NCBI GenBank assembly: GCA_046290465.1
Contig: JBKAGP010000001.1
Location: 672,001 to 736,000, forward strand
Direction of reading: 5' to 3'
DNA from: Planctomycetota bacterium
Lineage (GTDB): Bacteria > Planctomycetota > UBA1135 > UBA2386
DNA length: 64,000 nt
Positions 40,301 through 50,911 of this stretch are shown piece by piece. The notes under the pieces were generated by a model. It saw only the letters and a list, made by a program, of their open reading frames with translations. It was not told the DNA's origin and searched no databases. Made by a program: the position numbers and the translations under genes. Within the stretch, counting starts at the first letter, position 1, and each line of letters opens with the position of its first letter.

Positions 40301-41173
40301 ATGCTGCGCCAACCTACCGACGAATTCGACGCTTTCCGACGCGACCGCAAGAAGGTGCAGGCCAAGCTCGGACCCCAGAACAGCGTGCTGGGTTACGAGA
40401 ACCAGGCGCTGCGCGAACTCGAGCAGGTCGAGGCCCGCGAGGTGCGGGAGCAGCAGCTCTCACGCGAGGTGCACGACTTCTTCGCCGCGGCGACCAAGCA
40501 GGCGGCGTCGATCGTCGAGAAGGTCTCGCACGACGCCGAGCAGGAAGCCGACACGCGCCTGCAGGTCGAGATGCAGAGCTTCCTGATGGAGTCGCTGACG
40601 CGGATGAACAACTTCATCGTCAGCGCGATGAACAAGCGCCAGAACGTCAACGTCGCCGAGGCGCAGGTCGAGCCCGACCTCAAGCACATCGTCGGCCCGG
40701 ACCTCGACGGCTTCCGCTACGAGGGCACGCCCGAGGCGCGCGACGCGCACATCGGCCAGGACCCGTTCGCCACCGCGGTCGAGGACGTGCAGGCCGAGTT
40801 CCGCCAGGTCATGAACGAGATGGACGGGCTCGAGGCGGAGGCAGCGCCGATCGAGGACCACCTGGTCGCCGAGACCGTCGAGATGGAGGACGAGGAAGCG
40901 GCGCCGGTGGCCGAGCAGCGGCGCGCGCCGGTGCCCCAGCAGGAGCCCCAGCAGGCACCCCGGCAGGCGCCCGCGCCCGCGGCCCCCGAAACCCACAGCG
41001 AACTCGTCGACGAGCAGATCGAGGACGACGAGCCGGCGCCGAGCATCGAAGAGGAGCTCGAGACGTTCAAGAACGCCCTGAAGGCGCTGGTGCGCCAGGG
41101 CGTGATGCAGCGCGAAGAGGCGCGCGCGGCCTGGAACGCGCGCCTGGTCGCGCTCGGTCGCGCGCCGCAGTAG
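40301..41173 (+). CDS. acidic coiled-coil hypothetical protein
   Basis: Strong RBS GGAGGAG, E/Q-rich helical sequence. Confidence 0.78.
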   Translation: MLRQPTDEFDAFRRDRKKVQAKLGPQNSVLGYENQALRELEQVEAREVREQQLSREVHDFFAAATKQAASIVEKVSHDAEQEADTRLQVEMQSFLMESLTRMNNFIVSAMNKRQNVNVAEAQVEPDLKHIVGPDLDGFRYEGTPEARDAHIGQDPFATAVEDVQAEFRQVMNEMDGLEAEAAPIEDHLVAETVEMEDEEAAPVAEQRRAPVPQQEPQQAPRQAPAPAAPETHSELVDEQIEDDEPAPSIEEELETFKNALKALVRQGVMQREEARAAWNARLVALGRAPQ

Positions 41174-41210
41174 CCGGCTGCAGCGGCCCGTCGGCTGGCG
41201 CAGGTCGGCC

Positions 41211-42083
41211 TCAGGTCAGCGCGATGCTGCGCGCGATGCGTCTGGCGATCGGGATCGCCAGCAGGATGCCGACCGCCTCCGGCCAGCGACCGGCCGCGAG
41301 CGTCAGCATTGCCGTGTAGAGCATCGTGCCGAGCAGCAGGAACATCATCGAGCGACGGATCTCGGGCTGGGTCCACTCGGTGGTGCGCGCGTTGCGTCGC
41401 AGGAACCACAGCACCGGCAACGCGGCGATCGCCGGTGCCGGCCAGAAGGCGCCCTGGACCACCGCGATGCCGGCGAACGCGACCAGCGGCGGCGCGGCCT
41501 GCACGGTGGCGACCGTGCGCCCGCGCACCGACGGCGTGTCCTCGAAGATGCCGACGAACGTCACCGCGACGATGTAGATGCCGTAGCAGAGCGCCGCGAT
41601 CAGCAGAGCGCGGCGGGCCTCGTCCGGGATCGCGTCGCTGGCGAGGAACAGCCCGGTCGACAGGTTGAGGGCGCGCAGCACGCCCATGTTGAGCGCGCCC
41701 AGCCACTCGAGGCGCTTGCCGAGGAAGTCGTAGACCAGCACCAGCGCCGCGATCAGGCCGTGGTGGGCGCGGCACGGCGACAGGCCGATGCCGCCGCCGA
41801 GCAGCAGCAACCCGAGCGTCACCGCGAACGCCATCGACAGGTCACCGCTCGGCAGCGGCCGTTCGGGGCGCTGCCGACGGTCGAGCTTGCGGTCGGCGAC
41901 GTCGTTCCAGACCATGCCGGCGCCGTAGATCAGCACGCTCGCGAGCATCGCGCGCACGACGTCGACACCGAGCGCGACCTGCGCGATCGCCGACGACGCC
42001 AACACGTCGGCGGCGGGGGAGAACCAGGTGCCGATGCGGCACAGCCGCAGCACGGAGAGGACCTTGGTCGGCCGTTCTGTCAC
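41211..42083 (-). CDS. UbiA family prenyltransferase
   Basis: GMVWNDVADRKLD...RPERPLPSG and multiple TM segments. Confidence 0.88.
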   Translation of the reverse strand: MTERPTKVLSVLRLCRIGTWFSPAADVLASSAIAQVALGVDVVRAMLASVLIYGAGMVWNDVADRKLDRRQRPERPLPSGDLSMAFAVTLGLLLLGGGIGLSPCRAHHGLIAALVLVYDFLGKRLEWLGALNMGVLRALNLSTGLFLASDAIPDEARRALLIAALCYGIYIVAVTFVGIFEDTPSVRGRTVATVQAAPPLVAFAGIAVVQGAFWPAPAIAALPVLWFLRRNARTTEWTQPEIRRSMMFLLLGTMLYTAMLTLAAGRWPEAVGILLAIPIARRIARSIALT

Positions 42084-42134
42084 CCGGGCACGATCGCACA
42101 AGCCCGCCGCGATTGCACGGCGGAGCGGCCGGCG

Positions 42135-43964
42135 CTACGGCCGCAGGAAGTCCTCGATCACCCGCTGGATGTCGTTGTAGGTGACGAACAGCACCAGCAG
42201 CAGCACGAACACCAGCCCGATGACCTGGCTGTAGCCGAACACCTTGGTGCTGACCGGCGAGCCCTTGACCTTCTCGATCAGCAGGAACATCAGGTGGCCG
42301 CCGTCGAGCACCGGGATCGGCAGCAGGTTGACGAAGGCGAGGTTGACGCTGAGCAGCGCCAGGAAGTACCAGAACCACGTCGGGCCGCGCTGGGCCGCCT
42401 GGTAGCTGACCTGGCTGATCCGGATGATGCCGCCCAGGTTCTTGGCGCCGACCTCGCCGGTCAGCATGCGCTTGATCGTGACGTAGAGCTGCTTGACGAG
42501 GTCGAGCGACGACACCGTGCCGAGCTTGACGGCGTCGACGAAGCCGTCGGCGCGGATCTCACTCATCACCGGCGCAATGCTGCGGCGGAAGCCGACGTCG
42601 GGGGCCGGCGTGCGCTCGGGCGTCAGGGTCAGCTGGATCGGCGCGCCGGTCGGCGTGCCGAGGCCCGTGACCTGGTCGGGATCGGGGCGCAGCAGCGCCA
42701 GCTGCAGCGGCTGGTCGCCGGCGTCCTTGACGGCGCGGCGCAGGTCGTCCCAGTCGTCGATCTGCTCACCGTCGATCCGCTGCAGCCAGTCGCCGGCGCG
42801 CAGGCCCGCGGCCTCGGCAGCACCGCCCGGCATCGGCAGCAGCTGCAGGCGGGTGTCGCTGTCGATCGCGACCAGCTCGGCCAGGGCGCGACGATCCGGC
42901 GCGGCGGCGGCGGCGGTCAGCTGCTTCTGTTCGCCGTCGCGAACGACCAGCCAGGTGGTGCTCGGCGCCGGGTTGCTGGCGAAGGCGTCGAGCGTGCCCG
43001 ACAGGAACGGGCGGCCGTCGATCGCCAGCACGATGTCGTCGCGCTCGAGTCCGAGCTCCTCGACGACCTTGCTGCCGGGACGGATGCCGGCGACGCGGTG
43101 CGGCAGCGGCCGCACGCCGATCATCGGCGTGACGTCCTCGGTGCTCGGCTTCGGGGTCAGCGTGACCTCGATCTGCTGGCCGTCGCGTTCGACCACCACG
43201 TCGAGCGGCTCCAGGCCTTCGAAGGCGGCGACGGCGCCTTCGCGGGTGCCGTTGATCGACACGACGCGATCGCCGCTGCGCAGACCGGCCTGGTGCGCGA
43301 TGCCGCCGTCGTCGACGGCCAGCACGACCTGGTCCTGGTCGTAGGCCGGGTTCAGGCCGAGGCTGTACAGGCCCTGCTGGCGGTCGTAGTGCGGCCTGGC
43401 GGTGACCACGCGACGCTCGCCGGCCGCGGTCTCGACCAGCAGCTCGACCGGCCGGTTGCCGGACAGCGCCACCTCGATGGTCAGGTTCTGCAGCGAGTAG
43501 ACCGGCTTGCCGGCGACCTCGACGATGCGTTCGCCCTCCTCGATGCCGGCCTCCCACGCCGCCGAGCCGGGCACGATCGGCCCGGCGACCGCCGCCGGGA
43601 ACTTGACCCCCGACGAGAAGACGATCGGGAACACGATCAGCGCGAACAGCGCGTTCATCAGCACGCCGCCCGACCAGAACAGCGCGCGCTGGCCGACCGA
43701 CTTGCTCCACAGCGACATGCTCGCCGGATAGCGGCGGTCGCTCGGGTCCTGGCCTGCCACCATCACGTAGCCGCCGAACGGCACCGCCGACAGGCGGAAG
43801 TCGGTGCCGCGCCAGGCGAACCCTGCGATGCGTGGGCCGAAGCCGAGCGAGAACACCTCGACGCGCACGCCTGCCGCCCGCGCCGCGAGGAAGTGGCCGC
43901 CCTCGTGCAGGAAGATCAGGAGGCCGATGCCGAAGATGGCCAGTACGATGCTGCCGAGTTCCAT
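42135..43964 (-). CDS. rseP: RIP metalloprotease RseP (M50) with several PDZ domains
   Basis: HEGGH, FSLGFG, GGYV and NLLPIPVLDGGH. Confidence 0.94.
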   Translation of the reverse strand: MELGSIVLAIFGIGLLIFLHEGGHFLAARAAGVRVEVFSLGFGPRIAGFAWRGTDFRLSAVPFGGYVMVAGQDPSDRRYPASMSLWSKSVGQRALFWSGGVLMNALFALIVFPIVFSSGVKFPAAVAGPIVPGSAAWEAGIEEGERIVEVAGKPVYSLQNLTIEVALSGNRPVELLVETAAGERRVVTARPHYDRQQGLYSLGLNPAYDQDQVVLAVDDGGIAHQAGLRSGDRVVSINGTREGAVAAFEGLEPLDVVVERDGQQIEVTLTPKPSTEDVTPMIGVRPLPHRVAGIRPGSKVVEELGLERDDIVLAIDGRPFLSGTLDAFASNPAPSTTWLVVRDGEQKQLTAAAAAPDRRALAELVAIDSDTRLQLLPMPGGAAEAAGLRAGDWLQRIDGEQIDDWDDLRRAVKDAGDQPLQLALLRPDPDQVTGLGTPTGAPIQLTLTPERTPAPDVGFRRSIAPVMSEIRADGFVDAVKLGTVSSLDLVKQLYVTIKRMLTGEVGAKNLGGIIRISQVSYQAAQRGPTWFWYFLALLSVNLAFVNLLPIPVLDGGHLMFLLIEKVKGSPVSTKVFGYSQVIGLVFVLLLVLFVTYNDIQRVIEDFLRP

Positions 43965-45142
43965 CAGTCGTGTTGCCTATCGTCTGCCCGGGGGGCCGGA
44001 GTGGAGGCGTGCAGGGCCGCGGCCCGGGCGCGACCGTCGCGGTCGGCTGCCAGCACCTCGTCGATCGAACGGATCGGCCCTGTCGGCCGTTCACGCAACA
44101 CCTGCTCCGCGGTGCGCGTGATCTCCGGGAACGGAATCTCGCCGGCCAGGAACGCCGCGGTGGCGACCTCGTCGACGGCGTTGAGCACGCAGCCGGTGTC
44201 GCCGCCTCGCCCGATCGCGTCGTACGCGAGCGCCACCGCCGGGTAGCGCTCTGGCTCGAACGGGACGAACTCGAGCGAGCGCCACTTGCGCGGATCGAAC
44301 GGCTGGAAGCCGAACGGCAGCCGATCCGGGTAGCCGAGGCAGAACAGGATCGGCACCCGCATGTCGGGCACGCCGCACTGCGCCAGCATCGAGCCGTCGA
44401 CGAACTCGACCATCGAGTGCACGATGCTCTGCGGGTGCAGGACCACCTCGATGCGATCCGCCGGCACCCCGAACAGCCAGTGCGCCTCGAGCACCTCGAA
44501 CGCCTTGTTCATCATCGTGGCGCTGCCGATCGTGATGCGCGGCCCCATCGTCCAGGTCGGGTGCTTGAGCGCCTCGTCGCGGGTGATCGCGTCGAACGTG
44601 TCGAGCGGCCGCTGCCGGAACGGGCCGCCCGAGCCGGTCAGCCAGATCTTGCGGATCGCCTTCGGATCCTCGCCGTCGAGGCACTGGAAGATCGCGCAGT
44701 GCTCGCTGTCGACCGGCAGGATGGTCGCGCCGCTCTCGGCGGCCAGCGGCATCAGGTATTCGCCGGCGACGACCAGCGACTCCTTGTTGGCCAGCGCCAG
44801 CGTGCGGCCGCTGCGCAGCGTCCACTCCGAGGCCCGCAGGCCCGCGGCCCCGGTGATCGCGTTGAGCACGGTGTCGGGTTCGGCCGCGGCCAGCGCCTCG
44901 ATCAGGCCGTCGGCACCGTGGAACCAGCGGGTGCCGCCCGGCAGCGCCGGCGGCTCGCTGCGGCCGGTCAGGCAGGCCGCCGCAGGGCGGTGTCGCGCCG
45001 CGGCTTGGGCCAGGGCGTCGGCGGAGGTGTGGGCCGCGAGCAGGCAGGCCTCGAACCGGTCGGGGTGCTCCTCGAGGATGCTGAGGGCCTGGGTCCCGAC
45101 GGATCCGGTGCAGCCCAGGACGGCGATGCGGCGCTTCGACAC
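43964..45142 (-). CDS. dxr: 1-deoxy-D-xylulose-5-phosphate reductoisomerase
   Basis: LGCTGSVG, LANKESLV, PVDSEH, HPTWTMG and NKAFE. Confidence 0.96.
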   Translation of the reverse strand: MSKRRIAVLGCTGSVGTQALSILEEHPDRFEACLLAAHTSADALAQAAARHRPAAACLTGRSEPPALPGGTRWFHGADGLIEALAAAEPDTVLNAITGAAGLRASEWTLRSGRTLALANKESLVVAGEYLMPLAAESGATILPVDSEHCAIFQCLDGEDPKAIRKIWLTGSGGPFRQRPLDTFDAITRDEALKHPTWTMGPRITIGSATMMNKAFEVLEAHWLFGVPADRIEVVLHPQSIVHSMVEFVDGSMLAQCGVPDMRVPILFCLGYPDRLPFGFQPFDPRKWRSLEFVPFEPERYPAVALAYDAIGRGGDTGCVLNAVDEVATAAFLAGEIPFPEITRTAEQVLRERPTGPIRSIDEVLAADRDGRARAAALHASTPAPRADDRQHD

Positions 45143-45314
45143 GGCGCTCGATCATGGGCCGCCCGGCCGTTCCATTGCAACCTCGTCGGGGCATCGCGCG
45201 ACACAAGGTTGCCGCACGGACCGTCGCTGACCATGATGGGGGCGAGGCGTGGGAGTGCCACGCTCATCGGATTCGTTGATCGGCGGACCCACCGTCGACC
45301 GGAGTGCACCCATC

Positions 45315-46355
45315 GTGAGCGAAGCTCAATCCGCGTACCGTCGCGCGGGCGTCGACATCGACAAGAAGTATGCGGCCGTCACCGGGGCGGCCGAAGCCAT
45401 CCGCAAGACCTACACGTCCGGTGTGGTCGGGGACGTCGGCGCGTTCGGCGGCCTGTTCGATCTGGACCGCGCCGGCGTCGCGGGGCAGCTGATGGTCGCG
45501 TCGACCGATGGCGTCGGCACCAAGGTGATGATCGCCGCGCAGCGCGGCGACATGGCGAGCGTCGGGGAGGACCTCGTCAACCACTGCGTCGACGACATCC
45601 TGGTGCAGGGCGCGCGGCCGCTGTTCTTCCTGGACTACATCGCGATGTCGCAGATGGTCCCCGAACGCGTGCAGCAGATCATCCACGGCCTGGCCAAGGC
45701 CTGCAGTGAGAACGGCTGCGCGCTGCTGGGCGGCGAGACCGCCGAGATGCCGGGCGTCTACCGCGACGGCGAGGTCGACGTCGCCGGCACCATCGTCGGC
45801 TCGGTCGCGCGCGAGCAGCTGCTCGACGGCACCCGGATCCAGGAGGGCGACCAGCTGGTCGGCCTGCCGAGCAGCGGCCTGCACACCAACGGCTACTCGC
45901 TGGCGCGCAAGGTGCTGTTCGCCGACGCCGGCCTCGCGCTCGACGATACGCCGGACGAACTCGACGGCCGCAGCGTCGGCGACGCGCTGCTGGCGGTGCA
46001 CAAGAGCTACCTGAAGCCGTGCCTGCCGCTGGTCGAGCAGGGGCAACTGCAGGGCATGGCGCACATCACCGGCGGCGGCCTGCCCGACAACGTCCCGCGC
46101 GTGTTGCCCGACGGCCTCGGCGTGCGCATCGACACGGCGGCGATCCCGCGCTCGCCGATCTGCGAACTGATCGCGCAGCGCGGCAAGGTCGCCCGCGACG
46201 AGGCCTACCGGGTGCTCAATATGGGCATCGGCATGGTGCTGTTCGTGCGCAAGGAGCACGTCGACCACGTGCTCGACGGCTGCCGCGCCGCGGGCGAGCA
46301 GCCGTTCCTGGTAGGCGACGTCGTGTGCAGCGAGACCCGGGTGGCGCTGTCGTGA
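45315..46355 (+). CDS. purM: phosphoribosylaminoimidazole (AIR) synthetase
   Basis: YRRAGVDI, TDGVGTK, GGETAEMPG, SSGLHTNGYSL and HITGGG. Confidence 0.96.
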   Translation: MSEAQSAYRRAGVDIDKKYAAVTGAAEAIRKTYTSGVVGDVGAFGGLFDLDRAGVAGQLMVASTDGVGTKVMIAAQRGDMASVGEDLVNHCVDDILVQGARPLFFLDYIAMSQMVPERVQQIIHGLAKACSENGCALLGGETAEMPGVYRDGEVDVAGTIVGSVAREQLLDGTRIQEGDQLVGLPSSGLHTNGYSLARKVLFADAGLALDDTPDELDGRSVGDALLAVHKSYLKPCLPLVEQGQLQGMAHITGGGLPDNVPRVLPDGLGVRIDTAAIPRSPICELIAQRGKVARDEAYRVLNMGIGMVLFVRKEHVDHVLDGCRAAGEQPFLVGDVVCSETRVALS

Positions 46356-47299
46356 ACGGGTGCGTCGCTGTCGGCCGAGGCCTGCGTGCGCTCGGTCTCG
46401 CGTTTGCGCTGGCCGGCAGTGCCACGGCACAGCAGCAGGGCGAGCTGGTCGCGACGTTCGACCGGATCGCCGCCGAGTATGCCGCGGCGCCCGAGGCGGA
46501 CCGCGGCGACCTGGCGCACCGGCTCAGCAACGCGTTCTTGCGGCTGCCCGAGGGCGCCGCGCGCACCGAACGGCTGCCGCTCGGCGCCGAGGCGACGCTG
46601 GCCGCCGGCCGCATCGACCACGCGCTGCGGCTGAGCACCCCGATCGAAGGTCCGCAGGCGGTCGAGGGCCGGCCGCGCCAGCCGCGCTTGCTGACGGTCC
46701 GCCTGCGCGCGCTCGCGCAGAGCGAACGCCTGGTCGAGCTGACCCGTATCGTCGAGCAGCAGGCGGCCGCGTTCCCGGATGCGGTCGCCGCCGCGCTGCG
46801 CGCCGAGGAGGCGCGGCTGTTGCCGCTGGCGGCCGCGGCGCTGCGCGGCCCCGATCGGCCGGCGGGGCGTTCGATCTTCCAGTTCCTGGCGACGCTCGAG
46901 CCGATCGAGTCCTACCGGGTCGCCAACCTCGGGCTGTGCCTGCGCCAGATCGGCGACGTCGACGCCGCGTTCCGCACCTACGAGCTCGGTCGGCGCGTGG
47001 CGCCCGACGACCTCGAACTCTGGAACGACTACGGCCTGCTGTTGCGCGCCAGCGGCCGTCGCGAAGAAGCGCTGGCGGCGTTCCGTCGCAGCGTCGCGCT
47101 GGACCTGAAGCGCGGTCCGGAGCAGCGTGCCAAGGGCCCCGCGATCACCAACCTGCTGCACATGGAGGCGCTGCAGCCCGGCCAGCAGGGGGGCGATCCG
47201 GTGCCGACCGCGAACCAGGCGTTGCAACAGCGGCCGCAGGCGACCATGTTGCGGCGGCTGCTGCTCGACGTGCAACTCGATCGGCTCACCCGACGCTGA
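46352..47299 (+). CDS. secreted tetratricopeptide-repeat protein
   Basis: Signal peptide and TPRs (ANLGLCL...WNDYGLLL...EEALAAF). Confidence 0.75.
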   Translation: MNGCVAVGRGLRALGLAFALAGSATAQQQGELVATFDRIAAEYAAAPEADRGDLAHRLSNAFLRLPEGAARTERLPLGAEATLAAGRIDHALRLSTPIEGPQAVEGRPRQPRLLTVRLRALAQSERLVELTRIVEQQAAAFPDAVAAALRAEEARLLPLAAAALRGPDRPAGRSIFQFLATLEPIESYRVANLGLCLRQIGDVDAAFRTYELGRRVAPDDLELWNDYGLLLRASGRREEALAAFRRSVALDLKRGPEQRAKGPAITNLLHMEALQPGQQGGDPVPTANQALQQRPQATMLRRLLLDVQLDRLTRR

Positions 47300-47476
47300 T
47301 CGGCGGCGTGCCGCGGCCGTCGAACGCCCGGCCGGATGCGCCATGGGGCGGTAGCCGACGGGCTCCGTGGCCGTTACACTGAGCGGACCCCTCTCTCCGC
47401 GATACCCGCGATGGCGCCGGACTTATGCCGCGCCGCGCACACGACTTTCTCCCCGAACGGAATCCAAGGACCTGCC

Positions 47477-48856
47477 ATGTTCGTAGCTGCATCGTTGAGC
47501 CTGATCTTCGCGGCCGCCGCCCCCCAGGGCGGCGACAAGCCCATCCTCAGTGCTCGCGACCAGAAGTCCCTCGCTGACAAGCTGAAGAAGTATCTCGACG
47601 CGGAGATCACCTACGACAACGCGGAGGGCAAGGCGCGCGAGAAGGCCGGCAAGAACCGCCGCAAGGCCAAGGAGGCCTTCACCGACGCGTGGGACAAGGC
47701 CGAGAGCAAGGGGGAGATCCTCGGCTCGATGGTCGACCTGCGGGCGATCTACCACAACTGCTTCACGCCGGGCAAGCCGAAGCACGGCAAGGGCAAGCTC
47801 TACCCGCAGTCGATGGGCTCCGGCTCGGACCTGAAGTGGGGCATCTTCGTGCCCAAGAAGTACAAGGAGAAGGAGCCGTGGCCGGCGATCGTGTCGCTGC
47901 CGGACGGCAAGGCGGGCGTCTGGACCAAGCCCTCCGACCACTTCAAGAACACCTGGGACGGCAGCGAGATGATGGCGACGCACGTCGTGCACATCCCGCA
48001 GATCCCCGAGGGCCTCGAGCTCGACCCGGTGCCGGACTACACCCGCGACGGCGCCGAGAAGGACGAGGACAGCCGCAACCGCGCCGTGCTCGGCACGCTC
48101 GGCTTCGTGCTCAACAACTACAACATCGAGCGCGACCAGGTGTTCCTCGACTGCGGCACGCAGACCTGTGGCTACGGCATGCGCCTCGCGTCGCTGTTCC
48201 CCGATCGCTTCGCCGGCGTCATCCTGCGCAACCCGATCCCGGTCGACGACATCCGCCTCGGCGCGCTCAGCAACCTGCCGATCCTGCTGCTGCGCAACGG
48301 CGCCAACGCCAACGAGGTCGACGCCCTCAAGAAGCGCCTCGACGAGACCTGCCCCGGCATGGCGACCGTGCTCGATTCGAAGGGCGCGGCACCGCACAAG
48401 GAGTCGAGCGCCGACATCCTCAAGTGGATGGGTGAGCACAAGCGGGTGATGGCGCCGAAGAAGGTCGTGCTCGAGCCGAACCACGACCGCTTCAAGAAGG
48501 CCTACTGGGTCAACATCCACGTCGCCGAGTCGCTGCTGACGACCGGGCCCGACGACAAGCCGCGCCTGCAGGTCGAGGCCGACCGCGAGCAGAACCGGAT
48601 CACCGTCGAGGCCAAGAACGTCGAGCGCTTCGAGCTGCTGCTCAACGACGACCTGATCGACCTCAGCAAGGAGTTCACGATCGTGATCAACGGCAAGGCC
48701 GTGCAGGAGAAGCGCCGCCGTTCGTTCCGCGACATGCAGAGCCGCATGGTCGGTCGCAACGACTGGGACTACCTGTTCCCCGTGCGCTACGTGACGACGG
48801 TCTCGAAGGAGACCGACAAGGACAAGGAAAAGGGCAGCGGCGAGAACGAGAAGTAG
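47477..48856 (+). CDS. secreted alpha/beta-hydrolase-like hypothetical protein
   Basis: Signal peptide, FVPKKY..KEPWPAIV, YNIERDQVFL and PDRFAG. No GxSxG motif. Confidence 0.65.
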   Translation: MFVAASLSLIFAAAAPQGGDKPILSARDQKSLADKLKKYLDAEITYDNAEGKAREKAGKNRRKAKEAFTDAWDKAESKGEILGSMVDLRAIYHNCFTPGKPKHGKGKLYPQSMGSGSDLKWGIFVPKKYKEKEPWPAIVSLPDGKAGVWTKPSDHFKNTWDGSEMMATHVVHIPQIPEGLELDPVPDYTRDGAEKDEDSRNRAVLGTLGFVLNNYNIERDQVFLDCGTQTCGYGMRLASLFPDRFAGVILRNPIPVDDIRLGALSNLPILLLRNGANANEVDALKKRLDETCPGMATVLDSKGAAPHKESSADILKWMGEHKRVMAPKKVVLEPNHDRFKKAYWVNIHVAESLLTTGPDDKPRLQVEADREQNRITVEAKNVERFELLLNDDLIDLSKEFTIVINGKAVQEKRRRSFRDMQSRMVGRNDWDYLFPVRYVTTVSKETDKDKEKGSGENEK

Positions 48857-50911
48857 GTGGCCGACTCGACCGAGGGCGCGCGCGGGCTGCGCCCGCTGCG
48901 CGCCGTGCTCGCGGCCGGCGCGACCGGCTTCGGCGTGATGGCCGCGGAACTGACCGCGGTTCGGCTGCTGGCCCCGCACTTCGGGGACAGCGCCTACGTC
49001 TGGACCAACGTCATCGGGGTCATCCTGGCCGCGATGGCGCTCGGCGCGACGCTCGGCGGCAGGCTCAGCGCCCGCGACGGTGCCGAACGGTGGCCGTTCC
49101 GGCTGCTGCTGGCCGGCGGCCTGCTGCTGGTCGTGGCGCCGTTCTCGACCGGCTGGCTCGGCGCCTTGCTGTTGCCCGCCGACCTGCCGCTCGACGCCGC
49201 GATGCCGGTGCTGATCCGCGGCTCGCTGGTCGCGACGGCGCTGGTGTTCGCGCCGCCGCTGCTGCTACTGGCCGCGGTGTCGCCGCTGCTGATCGTGTTG
49301 CTGGCGCGCGGTGGCACCAGCCTGGGCCGCGCCGCGGGTGACGTCGCGGCCTCCGGCACCGTTGGCAGCCTGGTCGGCACGTTCCTGGCGACGCACTGGC
49401 TGGTGCCGACGCTCGGCTGTCGGCTCGCGCTGCTGGTGGCCGCCGCGGTGATGCTGCTGGCGGCGCTGCTGGTCGCGCCGGGCCGAGGGCGCGGCGCCGC
49501 CGCGGTGGCGTTGCTGGTCACCGGCGCCAGCACCCTGCTGCACGGCGGTCCGCTGCGACCGACCGCCGCCGGGGTCGAACTGGTCGCCGAGCGCGAGACG
49601 CCCTACCAGTTCTTGCAGGTGCACCGCACCCGCGAGCACGGCCGATCCCGCACCACGCTGGTGATCAACGAAGGCCTCGACTCGTTCCACTCGCTCGATC
49701 TCGAGGGATCGCCGTTCACCGGCGGCGCCTACTACGACTGGCACGGCGTCGCGCCGCTGCTGGCGGCCGACGGTGGCGGACTGGACGGCCTGAAGGCGCT
49801 GTCGATCGGCGACGCGGCCGGCACGCTGCGCCAGGTCTACGGCGCGCTATATCCGGGCATGACGGTCGACGCGGTCGACATCGACGCCGAGACGATGGCG
49901 CTCGGCGACGCCCACTTCGGCGACGGCAAGGCAGCGGGTCGGCGCTTCGCGATCGACGGCCGCCAGTTTCTGGCGCACGCCGAGGATCGCTGGAACGTCA
50001 TCCACGTCGACGCCTATGCGCACCAGGTCTACGTGCCGGCGCACCTCGCCAGCCGCGAGTTCTTCACGCAGGCGCATGCCCGGTTGCTCGACGGCGGCGT
50101 GCTGGCCTGCAACGTCGGCGCGCTGCAGCTCGACGACGCCGTGCTGCAGGCGGTCGCGGCGACCGTCGCCGACGTGTTCGACGAAGTGCGCGTGTTCCTG
50201 ATCCCGTCCAGCCGCAACGCGCTGCTGGTCGCCCGCCGCGGCGCGCCGCTGCGGCCCGAGATCCTCGAGCAGGCGCTCGACCGGCCGTTCGGGCTGGCCG
50301 ACGCCGACCTCCTGCACTGGCGCGACGTGCTGCGCCGCACGGCGGAGCCCGCCAACTGGCACGCGCTGGCCGAGGCTGCGCCGGTGCTGTGCGACGACCA
50401 GCCGCTGCTCGACGAACTGCTGTTCGACAGCTACGTGCAGCATGCGGACCCGCGCCAGGTCGTGGCCGCGTCGGGCCAGCGCGGGCGGACCGATGCCGAG
50501 CAGGAGGCGTTCGAGGCCAGCCAGCGAGGTGCGTGGCGCGCGACCTTGCAGGTCGTGGCCGAGAGCGCCGCGGCGACGCCGTTCCTGCGGCTGCAAGCGG
50601 GCGACGCCCGCTGGAACCTGCGCCACCTGCACAGCGCCGCGCTCGAGTATCGCGCGGGACTCCAGCTGTCGCCCGACGCCAAGCTGCGCAACAAGCTCGA
50701 GCAGCGCCTCGCGGACCTGCAGGAGCAGCTCGGGCCGATCGAGGCCGCGGACACCGCAGCAACCCGCAACGGCTGGCTCGCCGGCGCGATCGTCGCGCTC
50801 GGCGCCGCGCTGGCGCTGCTGCTGCGACGGGTCTGGCCGCGCCGCGCTACAGCAGGTCGAGGATGCCCGAGCCGCCGTCGGTCAAGGTCTCGGTCGCCGC
50901 GCGGTAGTTGA
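48857..50911 (+). CDS. fused MFS-like membrane domain / spermidine synthase-like methyltransferase
   Basis: MAAELTAVRLLAPHFGDS, ETPYQ, VDID, DGR, DAY and HLASREFF. Confidence 0.85.
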   Translation: MADSTEGARGLRPLRAVLAAGATGFGVMAAELTAVRLLAPHFGDSAYVWTNVIGVILAAMALGATLGGRLSARDGAERWPFRLLLAGGLLLVVAPFSTGWLGALLLPADLPLDAAMPVLIRGSLVATALVFAPPLLLLAAVSPLLIVLLARGGTSLGRAAGDVAASGTVGSLVGTFLATHWLVPTLGCRLALLVAAAVMLLAALLVAPGRGRGAAAVALLVTGASTLLHGGPLRPTAAGVELVAERETPYQFLQVHRTREHGRSRTTLVINEGLDSFHSLDLEGSPFTGGAYYDWHGVAPLLAADGGGLDGLKALSIGDAAGTLRQVYGALYPGMTVDAVDIDAETMALGDAHFGDGKAAGRRFAIDGRQFLAHAEDRWNVIHVDAYAHQVYVPAHLASREFFTQAHARLLDGGVLACNVGALQLDDAVLQAVAATVADVFDEVRVFLIPSSRNALLVARRGAPLRPEILEQALDRPFGLADADLLHWRDVLRRTAEPANWHALAEAAPVLCDDQPLLDELLFDSYVQHADPRQVVAASGQRGRTDAEQEAFEASQRGAWRATLQVVAESAAATPFLRLQAGDARWNLRHLHSAALEYRAGLQLSPDAKLRNKLEQRLADLQEQLGPIEAADTAATRNGWLAGAIVALGAALALLLRRVWPRRATAGRGCPSRRRSRSRSPRGS

